Below, piece after piece: positions 13,715 through 27,939 of a stretch of DNA of 64,000 nucleotides. A model generated the notes under the pieces. The model was not told where the DNA came from and searched no databases. It saw nothing but the letters and a program-made list of their open reading frames with translations. The stretch is from Octopus sinensis. Taxonomy: Eukaryota. Each line of letters opens with the position of its first letter. The first letter of the stretch is position 1. The stretch is from NCBI RefSeq assembly GCF_006345805.1, contig NC_043024.1, positions 7,068,001-7,132,000 of the forward strand, written 5' to 3'. The position numbers and the translations under genes are program-made.

Positions 13715-13783
13715 CCCACTGAAGAAAACTGGCCTTCAGCAAATACTTTTTTGCTGGAAATAGTTAGAAACCGTCGGTCTGGG
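13715..13783 (+). ncRNA. Type I hammerhead ribozyme motif
   Basis: CCCA-CTGAAGA-stem II (AACT/AGTT, TTCAGCAAA/TTTGCTGGA)-GAAA-CCGTCG-GTC-TGGG; core and GUC cleavage triplet intact. Confidence 0.7.
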
Positions 13784-14178
13784 TAATAGTTGAGATGGTA
13801 AATGTTTTTAATTTTCATTCCTTTCGTGAATTTATCCTTTTTTGTGGTCTTGAGATTTCTACTGCTCTTTCTAGCACAACACTTTCCTATTTGGAAGCCT
13901 CTTATTGTATATATATATATATATATATATGTAAAAGTAAAAAATATACAAACTGGGACAAGAACGTGAAACATTTAGAAGACGACACAAAAAAACACAG
14001 ACGGGACATTCGAAGCCCTCAGTCATCAGTCAAGAACCGGATCATCTTCGCAATTTCGGCTGGTAATTTTTCTGTAAACGACAGTTTGGTTAGTTTAAAA
14101 AAAACACAAATAACAATTCATGAGGAGATAAGTAGTAAAAAGATGTTTGGTCATTCTTTTATTTTTCAATCGAACGGA

Positions 14179-14625
14179 ATGGCACGTGGAAGACCAGCGG
14201 CACCGTAATACATTGTTCCTGAACATGGAAATCCTCAGCCGTGAATCAATCTTAGAGGAATCATAACTATCATTCAATTAGGAGAAGCTGAAGACAGCAT
14301 TCTTCAGTGGTTGGCACGGCGTCTACTAATTATGAATATGTACACCTGTGAAAATTGTAATTCACCATGTGGCCTTATTACATGTGGTGACGATACTGAT
14401 GGAAAATTATGGCACTGCAGGCATTGTAAAAGGAGCAAATCTGTTCGTTGTTTTTTTTTTTTTGAGAGAAGTCATATTTCTTTGCTCAATATCATTTTAA
14501 TTGTTTATTGTTGGTCGCAAGATATGTCACAAAATATTATGCACCTGTCTTCCGTCATTAGTCGAACTACAGTCGTAGACTGGTGTAATTTCGGTCCGGA
14601 AATATGTGATGTTTGGCTCCGACGT
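14179..14625 (+). mobile_element. Merlin/IS1595-like transposase N-terminal pseudogene
   Basis: CENC...DGKLWHCRHC...SVR..FFERSH...YCW...SRTTVVDWCNF..EIC; two in-frame stops after the ATG at 14179. Confidence 0.8.
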
Positions 14626-14808
14626 ATTTCCATGGATAAAAAAGAACACATTTGTTCACTTTTTGGCCGCCATCGCCAGTGTTTATGTTGTGTAAAGTTC
14701 CTTAGTTATATCCTTTTGCTACTTTTACTACTTATCTCCCCCTTAATCTGTATTTACTTTTAAAATCTCACCAACCTGAACAATTACCATATATATATAT
14801 ATATATAT

Positions 14809-15003
14809 ACTGGGAAGGTTTACGAAAATAAACAAAAGACGAAGGCAGGTGGAGTACAAACAAATAAATGTATTAGTATGGCGCTCAGGAATAGAAATAG
14901 AACAAATCTTTAACGTTTCGAGCCTACGCTCTTCGACAGAAAGATACACAGAAAAGAAACAAGGAGAGAAAAAAATGCGTGTAGGAGCTAACGATCCATC
15001 ATT
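14809..15003 (-). mobile_element. Penelope-like pLTR fragment with variant minimal hammerhead
   Basis: Minus strand TCGAAGAGC-GTAG-GCTCGAAACGTT; related fragment at 8878-8940. Confidence 0.45.
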
Positions 15004-15601
15004 GTATGTGTGTGTGTGTCTTCTAGGATCTCGGGCATCCTCCATCCAATTGCGCTCAAATTTGATATGTAGATAACGACGGTATCAGGGCGTGTATAAG
15101 TCTTGAAAAAATTACAAAAATCGATTCCAGGTGAGCCAAGTGCTCCTAACCACTAAGCCAGGCGCCTTCACGACATGACTCTAAACACAATGATAAAACC
15201 ATGTTTTATTAAATATCTTAAATTATTAACACCGAAGAAGAAAACAAAACTAGACATTTTATTTAATATCTGGAAGCATAACAATCGAAGCCCCATTATG
15301 TCAATCCAGTTTGTCTATTTCTTTTCCTGATATTTTTCCTTGTCTGTTTTAAACTTATTACTTGTGGGGCGAGCTGGCAGAATCGTTGGCACGCAAGACA
15401 AAATGCTTCGAGGAATATTTTCCTGCTTTACGTTCTGAGTTCAAATGGCGCCGAGTCGATGAAATACGTACCAGTCATGTACTACGGACGATGTAGCCGA
15501 CGAACTACCTCTTCCCGTAATTGCTAGCCTTGCACCAAAATTAGAAAAAAATTTCATTCAAGTAAATATTTTTTCTGCGATAGAACGATTATATATATAT
15601 A

Positions 15602-15972
15602 AGTTCGTTTTCGGCACTTGATGCTTTGGGAACCAGACAAAAATTGCTGCAGCTCGGCTGGGGTGTGTTACCCCACCCTCCATATTCACCAGATATTGCT
15701 CCTTCGGATTTCCACTTATTCAGGTCTCTGCAGAATAGCCTTAATGGTAAAAATTTCAATTCTTTTGGATGATGGAAAAAGATACCTTGATGAATTCTTT
15801 GCCATGAAACCACCTCAATTCTGGGAAGAGGGTATTTTCAAGTTAAAGGAAAGATGGAGACGCATTGTGCAACAAAATGGTTCATATTTGGTTGATTAAA
15901 AATGTAATGGGAAGTATTTATTGACCGTTTTCTTTCCTTCAAAAATCGACATAAACTTTCCGGACAACCCAA
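15602..15972 (+). mobile_element. mariner transposase C-terminal fragment with right TIR
   Basis: HPPYSPDIAPSDFHLF motif; ends CGGACAACCCAA. Confidence 0.9.
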
Positions 15973-16742
15973 TTTATATATTATATCAAATCCGTTCTGT
16001 CTGTCTGTATGTGTGTCTTCTAGGACCTCAGGCATCCTCCATCCGATTGCACTCAAATTTGATATGTAGATAACGACGGTATCAGGGCGTGTATAAGTCT
16101 TTAAAAAATTACAAAAACCGATTCCAGGTTAGAATGTGATCGATAATGCCGTGGGAACGTGCATTTGTACGCGCAAGTACATAGTTCCCTAGGTTGTTGC
16201 TTTTCATCAAAAATCGCCCCAAGATGATTTCCTACATGTTTTATCGGATAAACTTATTGTCCCAGGTACGTTCTCATAAATTCATCATGCTTTTCCATCT
16301 AGATTTACCTCCAGTTAACCCATTTGCATGCATCGGTTTTGTCCTGCTTTTCTTCTGTCAACCTGTACATAACTGCACCTTCCATTTTTGTTGGTTTTGT
16401 ACTGCTTAAAGGCACGTTTCTTTCCTGCCAAGCTTACTGTTTAAACCATGTTTGTGTTCTCTCAGTCAACAGCCTTATCATTACTGGTACTTTAAACTCT
16501 TCGGTTGCATATTTGTGGGAATAAAATCGTTTTTCTTTGGAATAGAAAAAAACCTATCTTTATTTCTTCTCTGGTGTCTCAAATTTAGGTTAAATCAGTG
16601 TTTCTCAAAGGGGAGGCCTATGTGATGGTCGGACAAGTTGTTTTGAGAAAATTTGGTTTAAATGTTTGGACAACTCAGCACCGTCCATTGGACGGGAGGC
16701 GTTTTGCTCGTGTGTGTGTATATATATATACATATGTGTGTG

Positions 16743-16813
<71 letters not shown>

Positions 16814-16890
16814 CACCAGGTGGTGCTATTAAGTTAGACATGGCCTGGGCCAATAATGGCCGAAACCTATCAAAGTATCAAAGTATCAAA

Positions 16891-16947
<57 letters not shown>

Positions 16948-16949
16948 TG

Positions 16950-17150
16950 TTTTATCTTTTATTTGTTTCGGTCATTAGAATGCGGCCATGCTGGGGCACT
17001 GCCTTGAAGAATTTATAGTCGAATGTATCGACCCTGGTACTGTTATTTTTAAAGCCTGGTACTTATTCTATCAATCTCTTTACCGAACCGCTAAGTTACG
17101 GGGACATAAACGCACCAACCTCGGTTGTCAAACAGTGGAGTGGGGGGACA

Positions 17151-17184
<34 letters not shown>

Positions 17185-17552
17185 ACGGGCTTCTTTTAGT
17201 TTCCATCTGCCAAATTCACTCACAAGGCTTTGGTCGGCCCGAGGCTATTGTAGAAGACACTTGCCCAAGGTGCCACGCAGTGGGATTGAACCTGAAACCA
17301 TGTGGTTGGGAAGCAAACTTCTTACCACACAGCCATGTCTGCACTACACACACACAGACGCGCGTGCGCACGCACACATACAGGCGTAGTTGTATGGTAA
17401 GAAGATTGCTTCATGGTTCAAGGTTCAGTCCCACTGTGTGGTACCTTGGGCAAATATCTTCTACTCTTGTCTCGGATCGACCAAGTCCTTGTGAGTGAAT
17501 TTGGTAGATGGAAACTGAAAGAAGCCCGTCGTATATATTTATATCTATGTGT

Positions 17553-17588
<36 letters not shown>

Positions 17589-17805
17589 TTTGTGCCTGTG
17601 TTGCCAAGCGATACCCACCATCGCTTGACAACCGGTGTTAGTGTGTGCATGTCCTCGTAACTTAGCGGTTCGGCAAACGAGACAGAGAATGTTTTTTTTA
17701 ACTTAAAAAGTAGGTAATGACTGGGGTTTGGTTCATTTGACTAAAAACTTTTCAAGGCGGTGCTCCAGCATGGCCGCATTGTAGCGCCTGAAACAAGTAA
17801 AAGGT
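16950..17805. mobile_element. Head-to-head pair of family B SINEs (minus 16950-17340, plus 17382-17805)
   Basis: Sequence match to family B in opposite orientations. Confidence 0.8.
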
Positions 17806-17961
17806 AACAGGTAGAAGCTATACTGCAGTGGTTTATTTTTTCACATTTTCCTTTCGACATTTCCTCGACTCTTCTCCATTTTTTGGAACTTCTCCCTTAA
17901 TTCTTTTGCTTTCCATATTTCTAACAACTTTTATTCCAGTGACGTTATTTTCTATGCTGGT

Positions 17962-18342
17962 GGAGGCGCAATGGCCCAGTGGTTAGGGCAGCGGATACAT
18001 GGTCGCAGGATCGCGGTTTCGATTCCCAGACAAGGCGTTTTGAGTGTTTATTGAGTGAAAACACTTAAAGCTCCACAAGGCTCCAGCAGTGGGGTGGTGG
18101 CGAACCCTGATCTACTCTTTCACCACAAAATTCTCTCACTCTTTCTTCTTGTTTCTGTTGTACCTGTATTTCAAAGCGCCAGCCTTGTCACACCGTGTCA
18201 CGCTGAATCTCCCCGAGAACTACGATAAGGGTAGATGTGTCTGTGGAGTACTCAGCCACTTGCACGTTCATTTCACGAGCAGGCTGTTCTGTTGATCGGA
18301 TCAACTGGGACCCTCGTCGTCGTAACCGACGGAGAGCCGGTG
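17962..18342 (+). mobile_element. tRNA-derived SINE, family D
   Basis: A box TGGCCCAGTGG, B-box-like GTTTCGATTCC; 3' half shared with 50370-50714 (minus). Confidence 0.75.
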
Positions 18343-18650
18343 CCACGATTTTCTGTTCCTTTTCTCTCTTGTAAAATTTCTTTCTGTTTTCCGGTGACAA
18401 AGTTTTTGTACCATTTTCTTTCTGTGACGCCCCCTCCCCCAATCCCAACCCATTGTTCCCCGGATCAATTCCGACGACTCTCCACTAAGACATGGAGCAC
18501 ACTTGATAAGAAAAAAACGAAGTTGAATTTGCCAGGGCTTGAACTCAAATCATGTTACTTTAAGAGAAAACACAGACACACACACGCACAAACGCTCACG
18601 CACACACACGCTCACACACATACACACCCACACATTATTTTTTATTCCTA

Positions 18651-18950
18651 GATTTCTTCAAGTTTCACTTGAAAAGGAAAATAAGGGACGAGAGAGAAGT
18701 GTTGTCTTTTAGCCAGTTTGCTGAGAGGTGGATGAAAGTGGTGAGATTGGTGCGAGTGAACAGGCTTGCCCTGAGCATACGCCTGTAGTTGGAAAAAAGG
18801 AACAGAAAAAAAGGCACCTGCCCCAAAAGTCCATGGTTTTTTATGGGGTTTTCCCATGAGCATCCCTCGAACATCTCCTCCCTGTTCAGGATTACACATT
18901 GTTGATTTCTTTCTTTTCAATTTTGTCAGTCTTGTTTACATGCAAACCCC
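18651..18950 (+). mobile_element. Tx1/L1-like LINE ORF2 C-terminus and 3' UTR
   Basis: FFKFHLKRKIRDEREVLSFSQFAERWMKVVRLV resembles Tx1-clade ORF2 ends; recalled similarity only. Confidence 0.45.
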
Positions 18951-19047
18951 TCGCAACACATACTCACACACACGCACACATTCTTTATTTTGTTCTGTGC
19001 TGTCCATAATATTTTTCTTAATGTAAACCCTTGTGGTTAATGAAGAA

Positions 19048-19108
<61 letters not shown>

Positions 19109-19127
19109 TATTATTATTATTATTTTT

Positions 19128-19746
19128 TTCCTTCTTTCTTCAAATTTTCTTCCGTTTCTCGCCGAGTGTTTTCCGTACACCTAGGGCAGAGAAGCTCATT
19201 GTATGCATTCCCAGATTACACACGCAAATTCACAAATAAAATATGTATTTAAAAATTAATGAATAAATAAATTCATGAATGGATGTTGTTTTCACAGCGA
19301 TAATGCTCTTCTCAGTACATGAGTCGTTCCAGTTAACACGATTTTTTGCACTTCCTGTAGGGATGTTGAGCCTGGAATCATTTTCAAATAGATTTCAGTA
19401 CCTTTTTTTTATCATTCCTAGAGATCCTACAATCACTGGTACTGTAGTCGCCTTGAAATGCCACATTTTTTCAATTTCCATTAGCAGGTCTTTATATTTA
19501 CTGATCTTGTCAAATTCTTTCGCCGCTATATTGTGATCACAGGGAATACTCATGTCAATTAATAAACACATCCTTTTTGTCTGATCTTTTATAATAATAT
19601 CCGGCTTATTAGCTTTTATAGTCTTGTCGGTCTGTACGGTCTGCACGGGGAAGTCCCATAGAATTGACACATTTTCTCCCTCAGTCACAGCTTCAGGATG
19701 GTGTTTATACCATTTGTCAGCGGTTTTGATTTTATAATGCCGACAT

Positions 19747-19749
<3 letters not shown>
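19128..19749 (-). mobile_element. RLE-type LINE 3' fragment in (TAA)n
   Basis: ILWDFPVQT...KPDIII...LLIDMSIP...KISKYKDL; (TTA)n on both sides. Confidence 0.92.
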
Positions 19750-19777
<28 letters not shown>

Positions 19778-19794
19778 CATTATTATTATTATTA

Positions 19795-22055
19795 TTCTTT
19801 TCTTCTCTATGCACAAGGCCCGAAATTTTGGGGGAGGGGGAAAGTCGATTAGATCGACCCCAGTGCGCAACTGGTGCTTAATTTATCGACCTCGAAAGGA
19901 TGAAAGGCAAAGTCGACCTCGGCGGAATTTGAACTCAGAACGTAGCGGCAGACGAAATACCTATTTCTACTACCCACAAGGGCTAAACACAGAGAGGACA
20001 AACAAGGACAGACAAACGGATTAAGTCGATTATATCGACCCCACTGCATAACTAGTACTTATTTAATCGACCTCGAAAGGATGAAAGGCAAAGTCGACCT
20101 CGGCGGAATTTTAACTCAGAACGTAGCGACAGACGAAATACTGCTAAGCATTTCACCCAGCATGCTGACGTTTCTGCCAGCTCGCCGCCTTCTGTGGTAA
20201 GAAGCAAGCTTCTTACCAAACAGCCACCCCTGCACCGAAAAAGAAATTTCCACTGACCAGTATGGGGTTTGAACCCATGACATTCGCGTTATTAGCATGA
20301 CACCCTAACCAACTGAGCTAGCGGTATTTCGTCTGCCGTTACGCTCTGAGTTCAAATTCCGCCGAGGTTGACTTTGCCTTTCATCCTTTCAGGGTCGATA
20401 AATTAAGTACCTGTTGTGTGTTGGAATCGATGTCATCGACTAGTTTCTTCCTTACAAATTTGAGGCTTTTTTCCTCCAGTAGAAAGGATTATTATTATTA
20501 TTAAGGCGCCGAGCAGGCAGAATCGTTAGCACGCCGGGAAAAATGCTTAGCAGTATTTCTTCTCTCACTACGTTCTGAGTTCAAATTCCACCGAGGTATG
20601 CCTTTCATCCTTTCCGAGTCGATGTAATAAGCACCAGTTAAGCACTGGGGTCGATATAATCGACTAACCCCTTCGCCCCAAAATTCCTGGCCTTTGCTAA
20701 TAGTAGAATGGATTATTACTTATTCACCGATTGATTAATCTGTTTAACCAATTAATTAATCGATTGATTGATTAATCGCTACATCGATCAATCAGCCGAT
20801 CAGTTAATCAAGCCCAGTGTTTTACTGGCACTTAACTTATCGACCTCGAAAGGATGAAAGACAAATCGAACTCAGAACGTAGCGACGGGCGAAATATTTC
20901 TAAGCATTTCGTCCAGCGTGCTAACAATTTTGCCAGCTCACCGCCTTCCAAATGACTAATGATAATAGTAAAAAGAAACAAAATAGAAGCAGTGCGTGTA
21001 TCTAGTATTGGCATAATGACCCTCCCGAGACAGAGCAAAATCTGTTGCAATACTCAAGATCAAATCAGAAATCTTGCAAACCAAATACAAAAACGTAAAA
21101 ACCCAGTTTACCAACTTAGCAATCTGATTTCCGATATTGACAAAAGACCCCAAATTTAGAGAGATAGGAATAGTCGACCCTAGTTTAAGACAAGAACCAT
21201 TCTTCCTGGCACCGAAGAGGTCTTGAAACTAAACCATGAATTCTAGAGGACGAAGGTTACGTTTTTCACGAACCAGTTTAACTCCAAACAAAGGTTATCT
21301 GTGCTAAACTTATCGTCTCCCTCTGTAAAAGTACAAGAATGAATACAGACCACGAGTGATCAATATGCTATCACTAAGCTATTAATAGTGCATCTTTGGT
21401 AAAAAATGTGGAATTGGCAAGATCTCTTTCACTTTCTATTCCCCCCTATCCTTCTCTCTCTCTCTCTCTCTCTCTCTCCCTTTCTTTCTCTCTCTCTCTC
21501 TCCCTTTCTTTCTTTCTCTCTCTCCCTTTCTTTCTCTCTCTCTCTCCCTTTCTTTCTCTCTCTCTCTCTCCCTCTCTCTCTCTATCTTTCTCTCTCTCTT
21601 TTTCAAAAATATTTATCTTTATTAAGGTGGTGAGCCAATAAAAATGCTTAGCGTCATTTCCTCCATCTTTACGTTCTGAACTCAAATTCTGCTGAGGTCG
21701 ACTTTGCCTTTAATCCTCTCGGGGTCGATAAAATAAGTACCGGTTGTGCTCTGGGGTCAATGTAATCGACTGGTCTCTTCCTCCTAAATTGCTGACCTTG
21801 TGCCAAAATTTCAAAACCAGTATTTATCTCTGTTTAGGCGCCGAGGTGATAGAATCATTAGCAGACCGGACAAAATAATTAGCGGCATCTCGTCCGTGTT
21901 TTCCTTCTGAACTCAAATTCTGCTGAGGTCGATTTTGTCTTTCATCCTTTCGGGGTCGATAAAATAAGTTCAAGTTGAGTACTAGGATCGATGCAATCGT
22001 CTTTTCATTTCAATTTCACCCGAAATTGTGGGCCTTGTGCCAAAATTTGAAAACC
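19795..22055. mobile_element. Cluster of about 7 family A SINE copies in both orientations
   Basis: Repeated GCCGAGGTCGACTTTGCCTTTCATCC core. Confidence 0.8.
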
Positions 22056-22275
22056 AATATTTATATGTTTTACAAAATTCCAGGTCACAATCATTAATTG
22101 CAATATACGGCTTCGAGGACGGCAAAGATTTGCAATAAATAAATAAAAAGTTAAATAAATAAATAAATAAATAGATAAATAAATAAATAAATGATAGTTC
22201 CCGTTCAGATGGTGTTTAACTAACATCAAATATCGATTCTGCATTGATCTCTTTGTTTCTGCTTTTGGATATACA

Positions 22276-22312
<37 letters not shown>

Positions 22313-22802
22313 TTTTTCTCATTTGTCCTCTTGTTTGTTTGATTTCCCGTATTGTATTCCCTTTTTATTTCTCGTCTTGTATTTTGGTGTACATGTATTT
22401 TTATCTTGTATTTTATTGTGCAGTTTTATTGTTGCATCCTGTTTGTATTCTTACCCGTTTTACCCCGCTGCTTGGAATTTTATTTTAATTCTCTCGCAGG
22501 AAGGCCTAGTTAACGAGTGTCCTGTCTTGCCTTCGAAACACGCCTGAGTTAACTAGCGACAGCTGATGACGGTGGATTTTTCCTTGTGTAGCTTGTCCTG
22601 TACTTGTTTTCTTGTTGTAAAATTTTTTTGGATTTTTCCTTGTGTAGCCTGTCCTGTACTTGTCGTTAAATTTTTGTTTTTCCCGTTTCTACGTCTTGTG
22701 GCGTCCTGTACTTACGTATATTTATTTATATACGCATGTATATATACATGTAGATGTAGGTACGTACATATATGTTTGTATGTATGCATATATTTTTATT
22801 TA

Positions 22803-22877
<75 letters not shown>

Positions 22878-22930
22878 CATATATATATACATAGTCTGCA
22901 TGTGAGTGTGCGTGTGTGTGTATGCATGTA

Positions 22931-22961
<31 letters not shown>

Positions 22962-23365
22962 ATGTGTATATGTGTGTATATATGTGTATGTATATATATA
23001 TTAACGGAAGTCTTTGTGAAATTGTTTTTAAGTATTAAGGAGATTAAAAATAAAATTATAATCTTTTATCAGAATGTTACTTACATTTTGAAAGTAGTTC
23101 TTTTCCTAATGTGTGCGAACGATTTCGATACCTATCTAGATGTGTGTGTGTGTGTCTCTGCGTGCGTGTGTGTGTGTTATATATCGTCAGTGGATCATAT
23201 ATCCGGAAAAGAAGTATACTCTAAAAGTTTAGAGCAGAAATGTATTAACATGATTATTATACGATCGATCATTGAGTAACCAATGGCTTAGCATCCATAA
23301 GGCGCTTAGCTTTATAGACCACACACACACACACACACACATAAATATATTTGTGAAATAAGGCG

Positions 23366-24090
23366 GATCTTTATCTTTTGACCGACAGATTAAAAAAAAT
23401 AATTCTTTCAAACTTCGTATACTTGAAGAATGTGTCACATAAAACATCTTTTACTCTTGGCGTTGGTGAGAAAATTCTGTATTCTGGAAGTTATTTTTTG
23501 TTAAAGTTGTCGTGTTTCGGTAATTTCAACCAATCAATGACGTGTATTCAGCTGAATAAAATTACTGCCGTTATTTGTCAATAACAACTTCCGGTGGTGT
23601 ATATTTCGTTTGTCACTGTTATTTATAACATATTTCGTCTCAGTTACGTTTGTATGAATAAACGAATCTATCTGAAGCATGTTTACTTTATGGCACCACC
23701 ATAATCGTTCGTGCTTCATTTTTCATTTTTTTTCCGTAACTCTAACCCTAAAACCCGAACCCTAACCCTAACCCTAAAACCCCAAAGCTAAACCCAGTAC
23801 AAACGCACGAACGTTATCATAAATAACAGTAACAAATGAAATATACACCGCCGGAAGTTGTTGTTGACAAATAACAGCAGTAATTTTATTCAGTTGAATA
23901 CACGTCATTGATTGGTTGAAATTACCGAAATACAACTTTAACAAAAAATATCTTCCAAAATACAGAATTTTCTCACCAACGCCAAGAGTAAAAGATGTTT
24001 TATGTGACACATTTTACCAGTGTCCGAAGTTTGAAAGTGTTTAGTTACAAAAAATTATTTTTTAAATCTGTCGGTGAAAAGGTAAAGATC
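23366..24090. mobile_element. MITE with ~270-bp TIRs and an internal telomere-like (CCCTAA)n tract
   Basis: GATCTTTATCTTTTGACCGACAGAT... / ...ATCTGTCGGTGAAAAGGTAAAGATC; degenerate CCCTAA repeats at 23738-23796; no TSD found. Confidence 0.85.
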
Positions 24091-24260
24091 ATTGGTTTCA
24101 TGTTGATCAAATTGGAGGCAAACACCTTTCTCCATATTGGTAAGACACTTGGATATTTTCCTACTTTTTTTATCACGGAACCAATGGTAGCCTTAATTCA
24201 CAGATAAAGAAATGCAGTGTTGAGCACTCATTTTCATCGTTCGACATTTACGTATATATA

Positions 24261-24325
<65 letters not shown>

Positions 24326-24394
24326 GCCTTGGTTTTTAATCTCATTACGAAAAAATTCTCATATATATATATGTAAGTTTTTCGGTGAAGTCGA

Positions 24395-25156
24395 GGGTCA
24401 CCAATTGTAACGGTAATAAAGTTGGTTGGTTAAGGGGTTGGTTGCCAGTGTAACGGTTTGTATTACGATATATGTTCGAGTCGGCAGTTAGCGATTGTAC
24501 CGGATGTTGTTGTTGCTGATGTACAAGGTGAACGAAGAAATCGAAGTCGTAAAGAAATATTTATTTACCGTTACTTTGTATATATCCAAAAACCACGACA
24601 GGTTGGTATGTATAATTAGTAAAGGAAAAAGCATGCGAGATAAAAAGAGTTTATTTCGACTGGTATGTGTGTACACGTTCTTTTTTAGTAGCAAACCATA
24701 GATAGTGATAGCATGGTGTAAGAGAAAAGAAAGTAAGGGCAGTAGTGTCTAATAGTTGGCTGGCTGTAGCCTCCCTTCTCCCTCCGGCCGTTTGTCTTTA
24801 GTGGTTGCTTGCTTGTGGTCATTAGTCTAGTCGTCTCCGTTCACTAACTAACTTTTCCTTGCCAAATTCTAGTATTTATAACTATCCAAAACTAGTTAGA
24901 AAGACAGACATATTGTTGAGAACAATAGATTTCGTTGATGGTACCTGTTATCTCTATTCTAGCTTTCGGTGAAATAGAAGAGGTTAGAAGGGTCACGTGG
25001 CAAGGACATTAATCTGCTTTAGTGAAGGCATCTGGTAAATGTAACTGATGTCACTCACAGAAAAAAAACTATTGTCTCACTGTGAGAAAAGTGTTGTTAA
25101 GTGAAATTTGGCGATCGAGGATCGAATCCACGCCATACCTGCATGAAGCCACTACA
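24395..25156 (-). mobile_element. Probable LTR (TGTAGT...TTACA, 24406-25156) followed by PBS-like TGGTGACCC
   Basis: TG..CA ends, minus-strand TATAAAT and AATAAA in the expected order, TGG-initiated PBS 2 nt after the LTR. Confidence 0.5.
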
Positions 25157-25269
25157 TATATATACATACATACATACCTACATACATACATACATACATA
25201 CAGCGCCCAATAATACTTTATTTGTCCACATCCTCGCGTTGTTGTCTTTTTGTTTTCTTGTTTGGATTA

Positions 25270-25334
<65 letters not shown>

Positions 25335-26204
25335 TATTCTTACTGAGAAAGAGAGAGTGAGAGAGCGATAGGCAGAGACACAGAGACACGATAGAAAAGA
25401 ATAACATCAATCTGTTTTGCAATATTTTATTTAAAATCCATGAAATTCGAAGTCATCATCAGATAACCATCCCCCTCCCCCCTCTTCTAACCTCTCAGTT
25501 ACTATTGTTTCCATATTTTAAAACTTTTTCAACCTCTTCCGTCAATCAGATTTCCAGGACTCGTTCTCTGGCGTTAGTTTTGCGCACTTTTGTTTGTTGA
25601 CGTTTTGAGTTCAACATCTCCTGTGGTTGTTGACTTTACCGTCCATCTTTCGGCTGATAAAATGAAACTCCAGTTCAGCACTGGGATGGACACAGTCGAC
25701 TGACCCCGAAATTTCTGGCCTTGTACCGAAATATGAAACCAATCTTTAATCCTGTGAAGGCGGGGAGATGGCAGAATCGTTAGCACGCCGGAGAAATTGC
25801 TTCGAGGCATTTCGTCCGTCTATAAGTTCTGAGATCAAATTTCGCCGAGGTCAACATTGCTGTTTATCATTTCGGGGTCAATCAAATTAGTTCCAGTTGA
25901 GCACAAATTGATATAGTCGACTTATTCCTTCACAGAATTTGCTGGCCTTGTGCCAAAATTTGGAAAACAATATTTATATCTGCTACAAAATTCCAGATCA
26001 AAATTATTAATTATTGCATAGTTTTGTATATATTGATATTTTCATGATTATATCATTGACGTTAAAATCTTTGGGTCATTGGTCAAACATAGCAACATTA
26101 ATATATGATATAGTATTAATACATATATATATATAATATATATATATATTATATATATATAATATATATATATATTATATATACACACATAGTTATTGTT
26201 TATA

Positions 26205-26761
26205 GTGGTATGTCTGGAAAGTTCGTGCCGAATTTTTAAGGAAAGGAAAGGGGCAATAAATACTTGCCATTGCATTTTTAATCAACCACATGTGAACCAT
26301 TTTGTTGCACAATGCGTCTCCATCTTTCCCTTAACTTGAAAATACCCTCTTCCCAGAATTGAGGTGCTTTCATGGCAAAGAATTCATCAAGGTATCTTTT
26401 TACGTCATCAAAGGAATTGAAATTTTTACTATTCTGCAGAGACATGAATAAGTGGAAATCCGAAGGATTAATATCTGGTGAATATGGAGGGTGGGGTAAC
26501 ACATCCCAGCCGAGCTGCAGCAATTTTTGTCTGGTTCCCAAAGCATCAAGTGCCGAAAATGAACTTTCTTATCTTCCATTTTAAAGGGTTACAGAATTAA
26601 CACAGGTTATAGGAACATAAACCTTCTTCCACGAAAAGATAGCTTAAACTCTGCTCTAAATGGAGGTGTAGTCAAATCCTATTTTATGAACTCAACCATG
26701 TTCTAAAATAAGTGGAAAGGTAAGCTGCTATAAATCGGCACCAACTTTCCAGACAACCCAA
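26205..26761 (-). mobile_element. Internally deleted mariner element with both TIRs
   Basis: HPPYSPDINPSDFHLF; TIRs G(G/T)(T/A)TGTCTGGAAAGTT; TA flanks. Confidence 0.9.
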
Positions 26762-26900
26762 TATATATATAACATATGGTATAATTATAAACGACAAATT
26801 TTAGCTATCTCTCCGTAGGCTGAAAAAATGAAGAACAACATGTGTGTGTGTATATATATATATATAGACATATACATACATACATACATACATACATACA

Positions 26901-26932
<32 letters not shown>

Positions 26933-27040
26933 CATACTACATACATACATACATACAGCGCCCAATAATACTTTATTTGTCCCACATCCTCGCGTTGTTG
27001 TCTTTTTGTTTTCTTGTTTGGATTAACTTTATATATATAT

Positions 27041-27089
<49 letters not shown>

Positions 27090-27871
27090 TTACTGAGAAA
27101 GAGAGAGTGAGAGAGCGATAGGCAGAGACACAGAGACACGATAGAAAAGAATAACATCAATCTGTTTTGCAATATTTTATTTAAAATCCATGAAATTCGA
27201 AGTCATCATCAGATAACCATCCCCCTCCCCCCTCTTCTAACCTCTCAGTTACTATTGTTTCCATATTTTAAAACTTTTTCAACCTCTTCCGTCAATCAAG
27301 ATTTCCAGGACTCGTTCTCTGGCGTTAGTTTTGCGCACTTTTGTTTGTTGACGTTTTGAGTTCAACATCTCCTGTGGTTGTTGACTTTACCGTCCATCCT
27401 TTCGGCTGATAAAATGAAACTCCAGTTCAGCACTGGGATGGACACAGTCGACTGACCCCGAAATTTCTGGCCTTGTACCGAAATATGAAACCAATCTTTA
27501 ATCCTGTGAAGGCGGGGAGATGGCAGAATCGTTAGCACGCCGGAGAAATTGCTTCGAGGCATTTCGTCCGTCTATAAGTTCTGAGATCAAATTTCGCCGA
27601 GGTCAACATTGCTGTTTATCATTTCGGGGTCAATCAAATTAGTTCCAGTTGAGCACAAATTGATATAGTCGACTTATTCCTTCACAGAATTTGCTGGCCT
27701 TGTGCCAAAATTTGGAAAACAATATTTATATCTGCTACAAAATTCCAGATCAAAATTATTAATTATTGCATAGTTTTGTATATATTTGATATTTTCATGA
27801 TTATATCATTGACGTTAAAATCTTTGGGTCATTGGTCAAACATAGCAACATTAATATATGATATAGTATTA

Positions 27872-27926
<55 letters not shown>

Positions 27927-27939
27927 GTTATTGTTTATA

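Noticed and set aside
22490-22580. Hammerhead candidate around GAAAC...CTGATGA
   Set aside because: Could not assemble three consistent stems around the core boxes
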